From Candidatus Anderseniibacteriota bacterium (GTDB lineage: Bacteria > Patescibacteriota > JAUYIX01): a stretch of 64,000 nt of DNA. Below, in pieces: positions 1 to 9,831 of the stretch (position 1 is the stretch's first letter; every line of letters starts with the position of its first letter). Below the pieces are notes generated by a model. It was not told where the DNA came from. It searched no databases and saw nothing but the letters and a program-made list of their open reading frames with translations. The translations under genes and the position numbers were made by a program. The stretch covers positions 14,103 to 78,102 of the forward strand of contig JAXLZM010000002.1 of NCBI GenBank assembly GCA_046350855.1, given 5' to 3'.

Positions 1-855
1 GAGCGCCGTTGTGGCAGAAGTGTTGTACGGCTATACGTGTGAGTCGCTCGACTCACGCTGATGTAAATCAATAGATAGTTAGCAGAAGCATCTGGAACGG
101 TGCGCCATAGAAGGTTACAGCCCTGTACGCGAAAATTATTTGTACATCTTTGTATAGATCGTTAGTACTACCAGACACGTGAAATCGGGTAGGAATCCGG
201 GACGACTACCGTCCCAAGGCTAAATACATATTGAGATCGATAGCGAACTAGTACCGTGAGGGAAAGGTGAAAAGCACCCCGGAAGGGGGATGAAAAGAAC
301 CTGAAACCATTTGTTTACGAGGAGTAGGAGCACTATGTCGGTTTACCGATACGTGCGACTGCGTGCCTCTTGGAGAATGAGCGCACGAGTTACTCTCGGT
401 GGCAAGGCTAAGGCGTTAACAGCCGGAGCCGCAGTGAAAGCGAGCACGTCAAGTGCGACAAGTCACTGGGAGTAGACACGAAACTGTGTGAGCTACACTT
501 GGGCAGGCTGAAGCGCGAGTAACATCGCGCGGAGGGCCGAACCCACCAGCCGTGCAATACTGGGGGATGACCTGAGTGTAGAGGAGAAATTCCAATCGAA
601 CACAGAGATAGCTTGTTTTCCCCGAAATAGTTTTTGGGCTAGCCTTGAGCGTCAAACCGTGGAGGTAGAGCACTGGATGGAACTGGATGGCCTTGTGCCT
701 ACTAGTTCCAATCAAACTCCGAATTCCATGGCTATTGGCTCAGGAGTCAGACGGTGGGAGCTAAGTTTCATCGTCAAGAGGAGAAGAGTCCGGATCGTCG
801 TCTAAGGTCCTTAAGTTTAGACTAAGTCGTGAACGAGGTAGAACCGCTTAAACAA

Positions 856-886
<31 letters not shown>

Positions 887-1805
887 TAAAGATAGCGTAA
901 CAGCTCACTGGTCCAGCGGTTCTGCGCGGAAAATATACCGGGGGTAAGTCTAATACCGAAGACACGAACTGTAGCCGACTTCGGTCGGCGCAGTGGTAGG
1001 GGAACGTTCTTGCCAGCAGTGAAGCGATACCGAGAGGAGTCGTGGAGCGGCAAGAAGTGAGAATGTGCGCATGAGTAACCAGAATGTGCCTGAGAATGGC
1101 ACACACCGTAAGTTCAAGGTTTCCTTCGCAACGAAAGTCAGCGAAGGGTGAGGCGGGCCTAAGGCGAGGCTGAAAAGCGTAGCCGATGGACAACAGGTTA
1201 ATATTCCTGTCCCACCGATAAACCGATCAAGCAACTGCGGGAAGCCAGCGAACAGAAGTTGTCGGCCCTTCGGGGTCGATGATGGATGAACGTTGGTGGA
1301 ACGTAGAAGCTAGTCGCAGGGTGACGAGCATGGGTATGTCAGCGGCCACTTGGTTGTGGGCCGTGGACTGCCGTAGTGGGTGAACTAGGCGAAATCCGGT
1401 TCATACTTAAACCACGAAGTAGGTCAAAAGAGTTAGTCTACGGACTAGCACAATCTGACAAGACCTAGGCTCCGAGAAAAACCTTGCCGACGAGGTTTGT
1501 TGGTGTCCGTACCAAAACCGACACAGGTGAACGAGGCGAGTAGCCTCAGGTGATCGGGTGAGTTCTCGTTAAGGAACTCGGCAATACAGCGACCGTAACT
1601 TCGGGATATGGTCTGCTCTGACTTCGGTCAGAGCCGCAGTAAAAGACTTCAGGCGACTGTTTAACAAAAACACAGGTCTCTGCAAAGCCGTAAGGCAACG
1701 TATAGGGGCTGATGCCTGGCCAGTATTGGAACGTTAAGGGCGGGGGTGCAAGCTCTTGCCTCAAGCGCCAATGAACGCCGGCGATAACTATAATCGTCCT
1801 AAGGT

Positions 1806-2121
1806 AGGTAACGCTGCCCTAGTGAGGTATGTAGTCGGATGAACTTCGGTTCAACCAACTACGAGACCTCTGTTCGAACTTTGCTTTTGCCAGCAAAGAG
1901 GTAGAACAAAAATCTGACCAAATGCTGGAACCTCTGGATCAAGTCCAGACAATCAGCAGGAAAGACTGACGCAAGTCAGAATCCTCAGAGACTACACGTC
2001 AGAACTCGGTTCAACCGAGTAAGATATAGTCCGAACTCTATAGCGATATAGAGAGTGTGTTGACCCTGCAGGAAACAGGGACAAACGACACGAATAACAC
2101 TAGAACCACTAGAATGGTTCG
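1806..2121 (+). mobile_element. Group I intron at 23S site equivalent to E. coli 1931, no ORF
   Basis: Interrupts CCTAAGGT|AGCGAAATTCC; exon ends in U, intron ends in G (2121); core elements P AATGCTGGAA (1921), Q AATCAGCAGG (1951), R TCAGAGACTACA (1985), S AAGATATAGTCC (2021). Confidence 0.93.
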
Positions 2122-2141
2122 AGCGAAATTCCTTGTCGGGT

Positions 2142-2863
2142 AATGCCTGGTCGGCAATTTGCCCGATGGATGCAGCGATGCGTCCTAGCAATCTGGCTAA
2201 TATCGGTGAAGGCTACAGCGGATACGATCCGCTACGCTAATATCGAGGGAAGTTTGGACGGTCTACATGGACCTCCATAACCCCGTAACGACTGAACCGA
2301 AAGGTGAGCTCCAGCCCGTAAAATGGGTGGAGAATACGCCAGCTCTCTCATACAATGAGAGTCATGGAGTTCGCTTCGTACATAACTGGTTTTACCGACG
2401 GAGAAGGGACCTTTAGTGTCTCCTTTAACCGACGTACGAAGCTAAAAACTGGTATCGAGGTACGACCGAGCTTCTCACTTTCGCAACATCAGCGAAACGT
2501 GCAGATTCTCGAGCGTATCAAGGAATACTTTGGGTGTGGCGCGATCCGCTACTCAAAGCGGGACAAGTGCTACAAATACGAGGTTCGTGCAATCAACGAC
2601 CTCATCGAGCACATAATTCCGCACTTCCAACAGTATCCGTTGCACACGACTAAGCGAGCAGATTTTGAGCGGTTCGCCGCGATCTGCCAGTCAGTCGCCA
2701 GCAACAAACATCTAAACCGCGGTTCACTCAGTGTCATCATCAATGATGCATACAGGATGAACGAAAGCGGCATACGACGATATCACAAAGACGAACTCCT
2801 ACAGCTCTTAGAGAGATGAAGATATAGTCTGATCAAACGCGAAAGCGTTTGCTAACACACATG
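2142..2863 (+). mobile_element. Group I intron at 23S site equivalent to E. coli 1951, carrying a homing endonuclease gene
   Basis: Interrupts TTGTCGGGT|AAGTTCCGACC; terminal G at 2863; R-like GTAACGACTG (~2285), S GAAGATATAGTCT (2818-2830); ORF lies between R and S. Confidence 0.93.
2355..2819 (+). CDS. Single-motif LAGLIDADG homing endonuclease
   Basis: N-terminal YITGFTDGEGTF motif, FSLSQH, YFGCG, IIPHFQQYPLHTTKRADF typical of I-CreI-like proteins; inside a group I intron. Confidence 0.95.
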   Translation: MRVMEFASYITGFTDGEGTFSVSFNRRTKLKTGIEVRPSFSLSQHQRNVQILERIKEYFGCGAIRYSKRDKCYKYEVRAINDLIEHIIPHFQQYPLHTTKRADFERFAAICQSVASNKHLNRGSLSVIINDAYRMNESGIRRYHKDELLQLLER

Positions 2864-3403
2864 AAGTTCCGACCCGCACGAATGGCATAACGATCTGAAG
2901 ACTGTCTCAACGAGGAGCCCGGTGAAATTGCATGGGCGGTAAAGATGCCGTCAACCTTCTGCTAGACGAAAAGACCCCGTGCAGCTTTACTACAACTTGG
3001 TATTGGTGCAAGGACGAATCTGTTTAGTGTAGGTGGGAGACTTTGAGGCGCGGTCGCTAGGCCGCGCGGAGTCGTCAATGAAACACCACCCTGATTTGTT
3101 TTTGTATCTAACGTTCGCCCTCTATCGGGTAGAACAGACAGTGCCTGGTGGGTAGTTTAACTGGGGCGGTTGCCTCACAAACAGTAACTGAGGCGTTTAC
3201 AAAGGTTCCCTAGCTCCGGATGGAAATCGGAGCGATAGTGCATTGGCATAAGGGAGCTTGACTGCGAGTCCTATAAGACAAGCAGATACGAAAGTAGAAC
3301 AAAGTGATCCGACCGTTGCTCGTAGGAGCGCGGAAGCTCAACAGATAAAAGTTACGCCGGGGATAACAGGCTGATCTGATCCAAGAGTCCATATCGACGA
3401 TCA

Positions 3404-3461
<58 letters not shown>

Positions 3462-3475
3462 TTGGCTGTTCGCCA

Positions 3476-3523
<48 letters not shown>

Positions 3524-3911
3524 ACTCCTATCTGCAGAAGGCGTGGAAATTTGAGGGGCGCATCCGTTAGTACGAGAGGACCACGGATGACGAACCGCTG
3601 GTGTACCAGTTGTCCTACCAAGGGCATCGCTGGGTAGCTATGTTCGGCAGGGATAAGCGCTGAAAGCATCTAAGTGCGAAGCCCTCCCCAAGATAAGATT
3701 TCATAGAATCCTAGGAGACTACTAGGTTGATAGGTGGTAGGTGGAAGCGCCGCGAGGCGTGGAGCCAAGCCATACTAATATTCATTGTTTTATTTGTGGG
3801 TCTTTGTATGAACCGCGAAGATCGTTTTGATCGACGCGTTCATCCGACTTTGACGAGTCATCTCTGGTAACAGCGTGCCGTTGCACGCGATCAGCAGGTT
3901 AAACCTGCAAT

Positions 3912-3945
3912 AAAAACCGGTCGGTTAGCGGCCGGTTTTTTATTT
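3912..3945 (+). terminator. Intrinsic terminator ending the rRNA transcript
   Basis: AAAAACCGGTCG-GTTAG-CGGCCGGTTTTTT hairpin with T tract. Confidence 0.85.
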
Positions 3946-3984
3946 GCTTGCGTTTGGGGCTCAAATGGTAAATCCTACTGCCGT

Positions 3985-5139
3985 ATGGCAACGCTCAAGG
4001 CGCGGGCCGAGCAACTTGTCTCGCTCGCCGATATCAAAATCAATGGCTCCCGTCCCTGGGACCTCCAGGTGCACAACGAGGCACTCTACGCCCGCATTTT
4101 TCGCCAGGGTTCCTTGGGCTTGGGTGAGGCCTACATGGATGGCTGGTGGGACGCGCCCCAGCTCGATCAATTTTTTTACAAAGTCTTTAGGGCCAAATTA
4201 GAAGACAAAGTGCAGCCGGCTACCATGGTGCTGCCGTTGCTCAAATCGTTTTTGGTCAACCAGCAAAATCGCACTACCTCACGCGTGTCGGTAGAACACT
4301 ACAACCTTGGCAACGACTTTTACGCTAAAATGCTCGACCGGCGCATGGCCTACACCTGTGCCTATTTTGGTCAGACCGAGTCACAGGGTGAACCACTCCC
4401 CGGTCGTACCAGTAAAACGCTCGACCAAGCCCAAGAAGACAAACTCGAGTTAGTCTGCAAAAAAATCGGCCTCAAGCGAGGCGAAAAAGTCCTCGACCTT
4501 GGTTGCGGCTGGGGCACCTTTGCCAAGTACGCCGCCGAAAAATACGGCGCACATGTGGTCGGCTACAACATCTCGACCGAGCAGGTGGCCTACGCTAAAC
4601 AAACTACCCAAGGCCTCCCCGTTGAGATTAAGCTCCAAGATTACCGCGACGCCACCGGCACGTACGATAAAGTCGTCTCCATTGGACTGGCCGAACATAT
4701 CGGCTACAAAAACTATCGTGGCTTTTTTGAGGTGATCAATCGCACGCTCAAGAACGACGGATTGGCACTGGTACACACCATCGGTAATCGTCGCTCGGTG
4801 ACCGGTACCGATCCTTGGCTCGCCACGTATATCTTTCCCAACTCAATGCTGCCGTCCATCAAGCAGCTCGGCAAAGCCATGGAAGGTCTCTTTATTATGG
4901 AGGACTGGCACAACTTTGGCGCCGATTACGACCTGACGCTGATGGCGTGGTTCAAAAACTTTGACCGCAATTGGCCAAGTAGTAAAGGTACTCAACCACA
5001 CTTTAATGACCGCTTTTACCGCATGTGGAAGTTCTACCTGCTCAGCTGCGCCGCCCTGTTTAGAGCCCGTAAAACACAACTATGGCAGATCGTGTTGAGT
5101 AAAAACGGCGTGCTCGGCGGCTACCAGTCCGTCCGTTAA
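3985..5139 (+). CDS. cfa: Cyclopropane/methylene fatty-acyl-phospholipid synthase (SAM methyltransferase)
   Basis: INGSRPWDLQVHN, GSLGLGEAYMDGWW, HYNLGNDFY, VLDLGCGWG, RFYRMWKFYLLSCA as in E. coli Cfa family. Confidence 0.95.
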   Translation: MATLKARAEQLVSLADIKINGSRPWDLQVHNEALYARIFRQGSLGLGEAYMDGWWDAPQLDQFFYKVFRAKLEDKVQPATMVLPLLKSFLVNQQNRTTSRVSVEHYNLGNDFYAKMLDRRMAYTCAYFGQTESQGEPLPGRTSKTLDQAQEDKLELVCKKIGLKRGEKVLDLGCGWGTFAKYAAEKYGAHVVGYNISTEQVAYAKQTTQGLPVEIKLQDYRDATGTYDKVVSIGLAEHIGYKNYRGFFEVINRTLKNDGLALVHTIGNRRSVTGTDPWLATYIFPNSMLPSIKQLGKAMEGLFIMEDWHNFGADYDLTLMAWFKNFDRNWPSSKGTQPHFNDRFYRMWKFYLLSCAALFRARKTQLWQIVLSKNGVLGGYQSVR

Positions 5140-5173
5140 TCGGGATGAACCGCCCCGCCCAATCCCCATCAGT

Positions 5174-6568
5174 ATGATCACCCGCGCGGTATTCGAGGCC
5201 AAAAAACAAGCGTTATTGCGCGAGTTTGTCGCGCTTGCGCCGGCAGAACAAGTGGGCTTAAGCAAAAAAACGTCCAATCTTTTTAGATATCGAGATGACT
5301 CGCGTAAGCATAAGCTCGACGTGCGTTCATTTAATAACGTGATCAGCGTCGATGCAAACGCGCTCGTTGCGGATGTCGAAGGCATGACCACCTACGAGGA
5401 TCTGGTACGTGAGACGTTGCGCTATGGACTACTCCCACCCGTCGTACCGGAGCTCAAATCTATTACGATCGGCGGCGCCGTAAGCGGCATCGGGATCGAG
5501 TCGTCCTCATGGCGATATGGTCTCGTGCACGAGACGGTCCAGGAGTGTGAAGTATTACTCGCCGACGGAACAACCGTGACTTGCACACCTACCAACGAGC
5601 ATCGCGACCTGTTTTTTGGCCTGCCTAACTCGTATGGCACGCTCGGCTATATCGTACGGCTCAAGATCAAGCTCGTGCGCACCAAACCGTTTGTGCAACT
5701 ACGTCACCTGCATTTTTCTGATCCGCAGGCTTATTTTTCTGCCGTAGCACACCTGGTCAGTGCAAAATCGCATGCGGGTGAACCGTTCGATTATATCGAC
5801 GGCACTATTTTTGAGCGCGACAATCTCTACATAACACTGGGCCGCTTTGTCGACACCATCCCATCAGACCCAGCCGGAACGACAACGAGCGACTACACCT
5901 ACCGCCAGATCTACTACAAATCGATCGCACAAAAACAAACCGACTATCTAACAACACACGATTACATCTGGCGCTGGGATACGGATTGGTTTTGGTGCTC
6001 GAGTCACTTTGGCGTGCAAAATCCCTTGATCCGTCTCTTGGTTGGTCGGCGCTTTTTGCGTTCGACCACCTACTGGAAGATCCGCCACTGGTACCAGGGT
6101 GTCAGCGCACGCAGAGCCAAGGACTCGGCAGAAAAGCTGCAAAAAGCTGAATCCGTGGTCCAGGACGTAGAAATTCCGCTCAAAAACGCTGCCGCTTTTC
6201 TTACGTTCTTCCAAAAAAAGATTGGCATCAAACCGGTTTGGATGTGTCCGCTCGTGCCCGGACCTACTGCCAGCAGGTACGAGCTCTATCGCATGGCTCC
6301 GGGCGAGCTCTACATTAACTTTGGTTTTTGGGACGTGGTCAAAAGCAAGACCGCGCATCCGGATGGGTACCGTAACAAGTTGGTTGAGGCCAAGACGGCA
6401 GAACTGGGTGGCAAAAAATCTCTGTACTCCACCGCCTACTACGACCGCGAGACATTTTGGCAACTCTATAACAAATCTGCCTATGACCTGCTCAAGAAGA
6501 AATATGATCCGGCTGGTCGCTTTACAGATCTCTACCAAAAAACGACGCAAGCGGGCCGCGCACGCTAG
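5174..6568 (+). CDS. FAD-binding oxidoreductase, TmsA/BfaA (Rv3719)-like methylene fatty acid reductase
   Basis: KKTSNLFR, GMTTYEDL, VVPELKSITIGGAVSGIGIESSS, PNSYGTLGY, DYIWRWDTDWFWCS, KSLYSTAYY resemble recalled Rv3719 sequence; adjacent to cfa. Confidence 0.85.
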   Translation: MITRAVFEAKKQALLREFVALAPAEQVGLSKKTSNLFRYRDDSRKHKLDVRSFNNVISVDANALVADVEGMTTYEDLVRETLRYGLLPPVVPELKSITIGGAVSGIGIESSSWRYGLVHETVQECEVLLADGTTVTCTPTNEHRDLFFGLPNSYGTLGYIVRLKIKLVRTKPFVQLRHLHFSDPQAYFSAVAHLVSAKSHAGEPFDYIDGTIFERDNLYITLGRFVDTIPSDPAGTTTSDYTYRQIYYKSIAQKQTDYLTTHDYIWRWDTDWFWCSSHFGVQNPLIRLLVGRRFLRSTTYWKIRHWYQGVSARRAKDSAEKLQKAESVVQDVEIPLKNAAAFLTFFQKKIGIKPVWMCPLVPGPTASRYELYRMAPGELYINFGFWDVVKSKTAHPDGYRNKLVEAKTAELGGKKSLYSTAYYDRETFWQLYNKSAYDLLKKKYDPAGRFTDLYQKTTQAGRAR

Positions 6569-6575
6569 AGATTTC

Positions 6576-6604
6576 TTGACAAAGGCTGCTTTTTGAGTTA
6601 GAAT
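6576..6604 (+). promoter_or_regulatory. Sigma70-type promoter
   Basis: TTGACA-17 nt-TAGAAT, 9 nt before the GTG start at 6614. Confidence 0.8.
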
Positions 6605-6613
6605 AGCTCTATT

Positions 6614-9442
6614 GTGACTTCCCGCACATACCGCCAAACACGCGGAAAGACGTCTCAGCCGATTATTTCGCGCTACGGACCGGTAATTCTGGCCTGCTCT
6701 ATGACCTTGGCGGTAGTACTAGTAACGGTAGCCTTAACCTCCCAAGAAAAGTTCAGCCGAGCCTCCTTTAACGGCGCGGCAACCCTGACTTTTACCGAGG
6801 AGTTTGATGCCACCACCTATAGGGACGTTGCTAACACCGATCTCAACTGGAACACGGCTGCGAGCCGTCTCGAGCTCAACCGCGACGCCGGCACGATCGA
6901 TGAGTTTGATCTTACGACCGCCGGTATCGAGACGCTCACCAGCACCGGTGGGTTTGCTGAGACAACTACGGCCCACTCGTTAACTCTCGACTCCCAAGAC
7001 CGACAGATCGTCGGTTTTATTTGTGATGCGGGAGGCGGCATTGGTGGAGCCTGTGTCTCGCGCTGGAATGGTTCAACCATGACCGCGATGGATGGAGTGA
7101 CGCCCGGGGCAGAGCTCGTAAGCGCTGACGACACAGCCCATGTCACGTATACCGTCAGCATCGATCTCAACCCAGTCACCGGCCAACCCTGCATTGCCTA
7201 CGACCAAGAAAACGCCGGGGGTAAGAGCGACGTCAAAATCTCCTGCTATACGGGAAGTGCCTGGCAAGGGCAGCTCTCTGGGGTGCCTGGTACGCCGGAC
7301 AATGTCACCGCCACAGCGGGCGCTAACGAAAACAATCCGAGTATCCGTATCGATTCCAACGGTCGGGCCGTTGTGGCTTACCAAGATGACGCGGGGTTCT
7401 CGGCTGACGTGTACGTCTCCCATAATACCGGCGCAGCGTATGAGGGGTACTTGGGCGCCTCGGACGATCAACTCACCAGCGCCGCTGATTACGAAGCTAC
7501 CCCGTTCCTCCGTCTTGATTCGAGTGATCAGCCCAACGTGGTCTACGGTGATACGACGGACACGGAAATTTACTTTACTCGCTTGGCAAGTGGCGCGTAT
7601 CGAAAACTCGATGGAACGGCTGGTGTGCAGGATATTTCTAACGGGGCGGGTAACTCGACATTTGGTGATATGGCACTGCGGGCTAACGACAACCCCGTCT
7701 TTGTTTGGACCCAGAACATTAGCGCCCCCAACCGACAAATCTGGTACACGGAATGGAATGGGGCCAGCCTCGTCCAATCGGATGGTTCAACCGCTGGACC
7801 GGAGGTCATCGTCACCGGCAACTCCAATGGCAATAGCTCACTCGATCTCGCCTCGGGCAACGAGCCTGCCCTCTGTTTTCTTAAAGCCGGAGTAGATGGT
7901 GGTGCCGCCCCAGATGTGTACTGTATTCGACACGTTGGCGGAACCGGTTGGGTGCACGTTGATGACCGCGCAACCCTGGGCCACCACAACGTCTCCAACT
8001 CCAACGCCATCTTTAATGGCAACCCAACCATCAAGCTGGACTCCTTTGACGATGTCAACCTGGTCTACCAAGAGGAGGTTAGTGGCAGCAACGACCTCTT
8101 TGGCATGGTCGTCGTGCGGCCGCGTATCAACGGCACCGCCCGCTCGACCGCGGTCGACAGCACGAGCGACAACATTACAGCCGCCACTTTGACCGACACC
8201 GAGACCCTCAATGGTGGAACCGACTCCTATAGCGTAAGCAACGATTGCAGCACCTTTGCGGCGGCGACGCCTGGTTCGCCCGTAACCTTTGCGACGACCG
8301 GTTCGGCCTTGTGCTGGCAAGTCGACTCTAACCGCGCGACCGACCCCCGCCGCTCGCCCACCATCGACACGATCAATCTCGAGTACGTGACTCAAGCTAC
8401 CCCCGAGCCCGAGCCAGAGCCCGGCAATGAAGTAATCCGTGTCGAAGGCGACAACCCTACCGACCAATCGATCGAAGTCTCCCAACAACGCTTTACGGAT
8501 GGGTCGGCCAACATTGCCTTTATCGCACGTAACGAACTTATGTCAGATGCCTTTGTCGGTACGACCCTCACGACCGCTTTTAATGGTCCGCTCTTGCTCA
8601 ATGATGTCGAGCACGCTAACCCGAGCATCATAACCGAGCTCCAGCGTGTCTTGGTCGATAACGACCAACCAATTTATCTCCTGGGCCGTGAGCGTGCCCA
8701 AACCGAGCAGGTCAAAGCCGAGCTCGAGGCCGCAGGCTTTACCAACATTGGCCGCTTGGGCGGAATTAATCGCAATGAGACGGCTGAGATTATCGCTAAC
8801 CATCTGACCGACAACAATAAAGTCGGCAGCAAGCTAGCCCTGACCGAAAACACCAGCTTGGTCGATGCTTTGAGCTACGGCGCCATCGCAGCCAATATCT
8901 CAGATGACAAAGTAGACCCGATTTTGATCACCGATCGGGCCAATCGGACCCTCAACGAGTTTGCCGATCGCTTTATGCAAAACCACACCCAGTTTACCTC
9001 ACTCGAAATCGTGGGTGGTTCGGCCGCCGTTGATGAGACGATGGAGCAAACCCTCAGCAGCAAGTTCCCCAATCTTACAACCATCACGCGCCAAGGCGGG
9101 GAGAACCGCTTTAAAACCAACATTGGTTTGGCTGAGACGTACTTTGCGACCCCGGTCACTATCGTGGTCGCTAGTGGCGAGCGCAAAGATATTCCAGGTG
9201 CACGCACAGTGAGTACCAAGCCACAGATTTCTGCGGACCAGTTCTTCTATGCACTCTTGCTGGCGGGTGGACTGGCCGCGGACAACAATGCGCCACTCAT
9301 CATTACGCAAACCGCAACCCTCCCAACCGAGGCGGGCGACTACATCTCCGATCACGCCGCCACGATTACCACGGCGATCATTGTCGGCACGACCGACCAG
9401 GTTAGCCAGGCCGTCCAAGACGAGATCGAGAGTAGTATTTAG
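6614..9442 (+). CDS. Large surface protein: N-terminal TM anchor, beta-rich repeat domain, PE linker, C-terminal cell-wall-binding repeat 2 (CWB2)-like region
   Basis: Hydrophobic segment aa ~24-42; PEPEPEP linker; RVEGDN / RLGGINRNETA / RQGGENRFKT and PLLL, PILIT, PLIIT motifs typical of CWB2. Confidence 0.8.
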   Translation: MTSRTYRQTRGKTSQPIISRYGPVILACSMTLAVVLVTVALTSQEKFSRASFNGAATLTFTEEFDATTYRDVANTDLNWNTAASRLELNRDAGTIDEFDLTTAGIETLTSTGGFAETTTAHSLTLDSQDRQIVGFICDAGGGIGGACVSRWNGSTMTAMDGVTPGAELVSADDTAHVTYTVSIDLNPVTGQPCIAYDQENAGGKSDVKISCYTGSAWQGQLSGVPGTPDNVTATAGANENNPSIRIDSNGRAVVAYQDDAGFSADVYVSHNTGAAYEGYLGASDDQLTSAADYEATPFLRLDSSDQPNVVYGDTTDTEIYFTRLASGAYRKLDGTAGVQDISNGAGNSTFGDMALRANDNPVFVWTQNISAPNRQIWYTEWNGASLVQSDGSTAGPEVIVTGNSNGNSSLDLASGNEPALCFLKAGVDGGAAPDVYCIRHVGGTGWVHVDDRATLGHHNVSNSNAIFNGNPTIKLDSFDDVNLVYQEEVSGSNDLFGMVVVRPRINGTARSTAVDSTSDNITAATLTDTETLNGGTDSYSVSNDCSTFAAATPGSPVTFATTGSALCWQVDSNRATDPRRSPTIDTINLEYVTQATPEPEPEPGNEVIRVEGDNPTDQSIEVSQQRFTDGSANIAFIARNELMSDAFVGTTLTTAFNGPLLLNDVEHANPSIITELQRVLVDNDQPIYLLGRERAQTEQVKAELEAAGFTNIGRLGGINRNETAEIIANHLTDNNKVGSKLALTENTSLVDALSYGAIAANISDDKVDPILITDRANRTLNEFADRFMQNHTQFTSLEIVGGSAAVDETMEQTLSSKFPNLTTITRQGGENRFKTNIGLAETYFATPVTIVVASGERKDIPGARTVSTKPQISADQFFYALLLAGGLAADNNAPLIITQTATLPTEAGDYISDHAATITTAIIVGTTDQVSQAVQDEIESSI

Positions 9443-9473
9443 ACGGCTATCTAGCTCCAGCACGTGGGTGAAC

Positions 9474-9624
9474 TTGCTTTTACCCGCCGATTTTTTTAGT
9501 ATCAGCGCAGTGTTCTTTATAGTCAGAAATGGCCGATCACCCCTTTGAGGGGAGACCGGCTGTTTCGCTTTTCCAGGTGCTAGACAAAGCCCGACTTGAC
9601 GTGGTTCTCCCAGTAGGATAGCCT
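9474..9624 (+). promoter_or_regulatory. Tandem promoters and boxA-like element upstream of the orphan 5S rRNA
   Basis: P1 TTGCTT(9474)-17-TAGTAT(9497); boxA-like TGTTCTTTA (9511-9519); P2 TTGACG(9596)-17-TAGCCT(9619). Confidence 0.6.
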
Positions 9625-9629
9625 CCTCG

Positions 9630-9742
<113 letters not shown>

Positions 9743-9744
9743 TG

Positions 9745-9811
9745 AAAGAACCGCCCCCGAAGGGTGGTTTTTTCTTTACAAAAAAGGCCGACCTAGTTGC
9801 TCTAGGTCGGC
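9745..9811. terminator. Back-to-back intrinsic terminators for 5S (+) and glutamine synthetase (-)
   Basis: AACCGCCC-CCGAA-GGGTGGTT+T tract; A tract+GCCGACCTAG-TTGCT-CTAGGTCGGC. Confidence 0.8.
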
Positions 9812-9831
9812 ACAGTAGGTGGTCCTCGGTT

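Noticed and set aside
3800-3910. Hairpin cluster after 23S as a degenerate 5S or sRNA
   Set aside because: No 5S motifs or promoter; best explained as rRNA 3' trailer.
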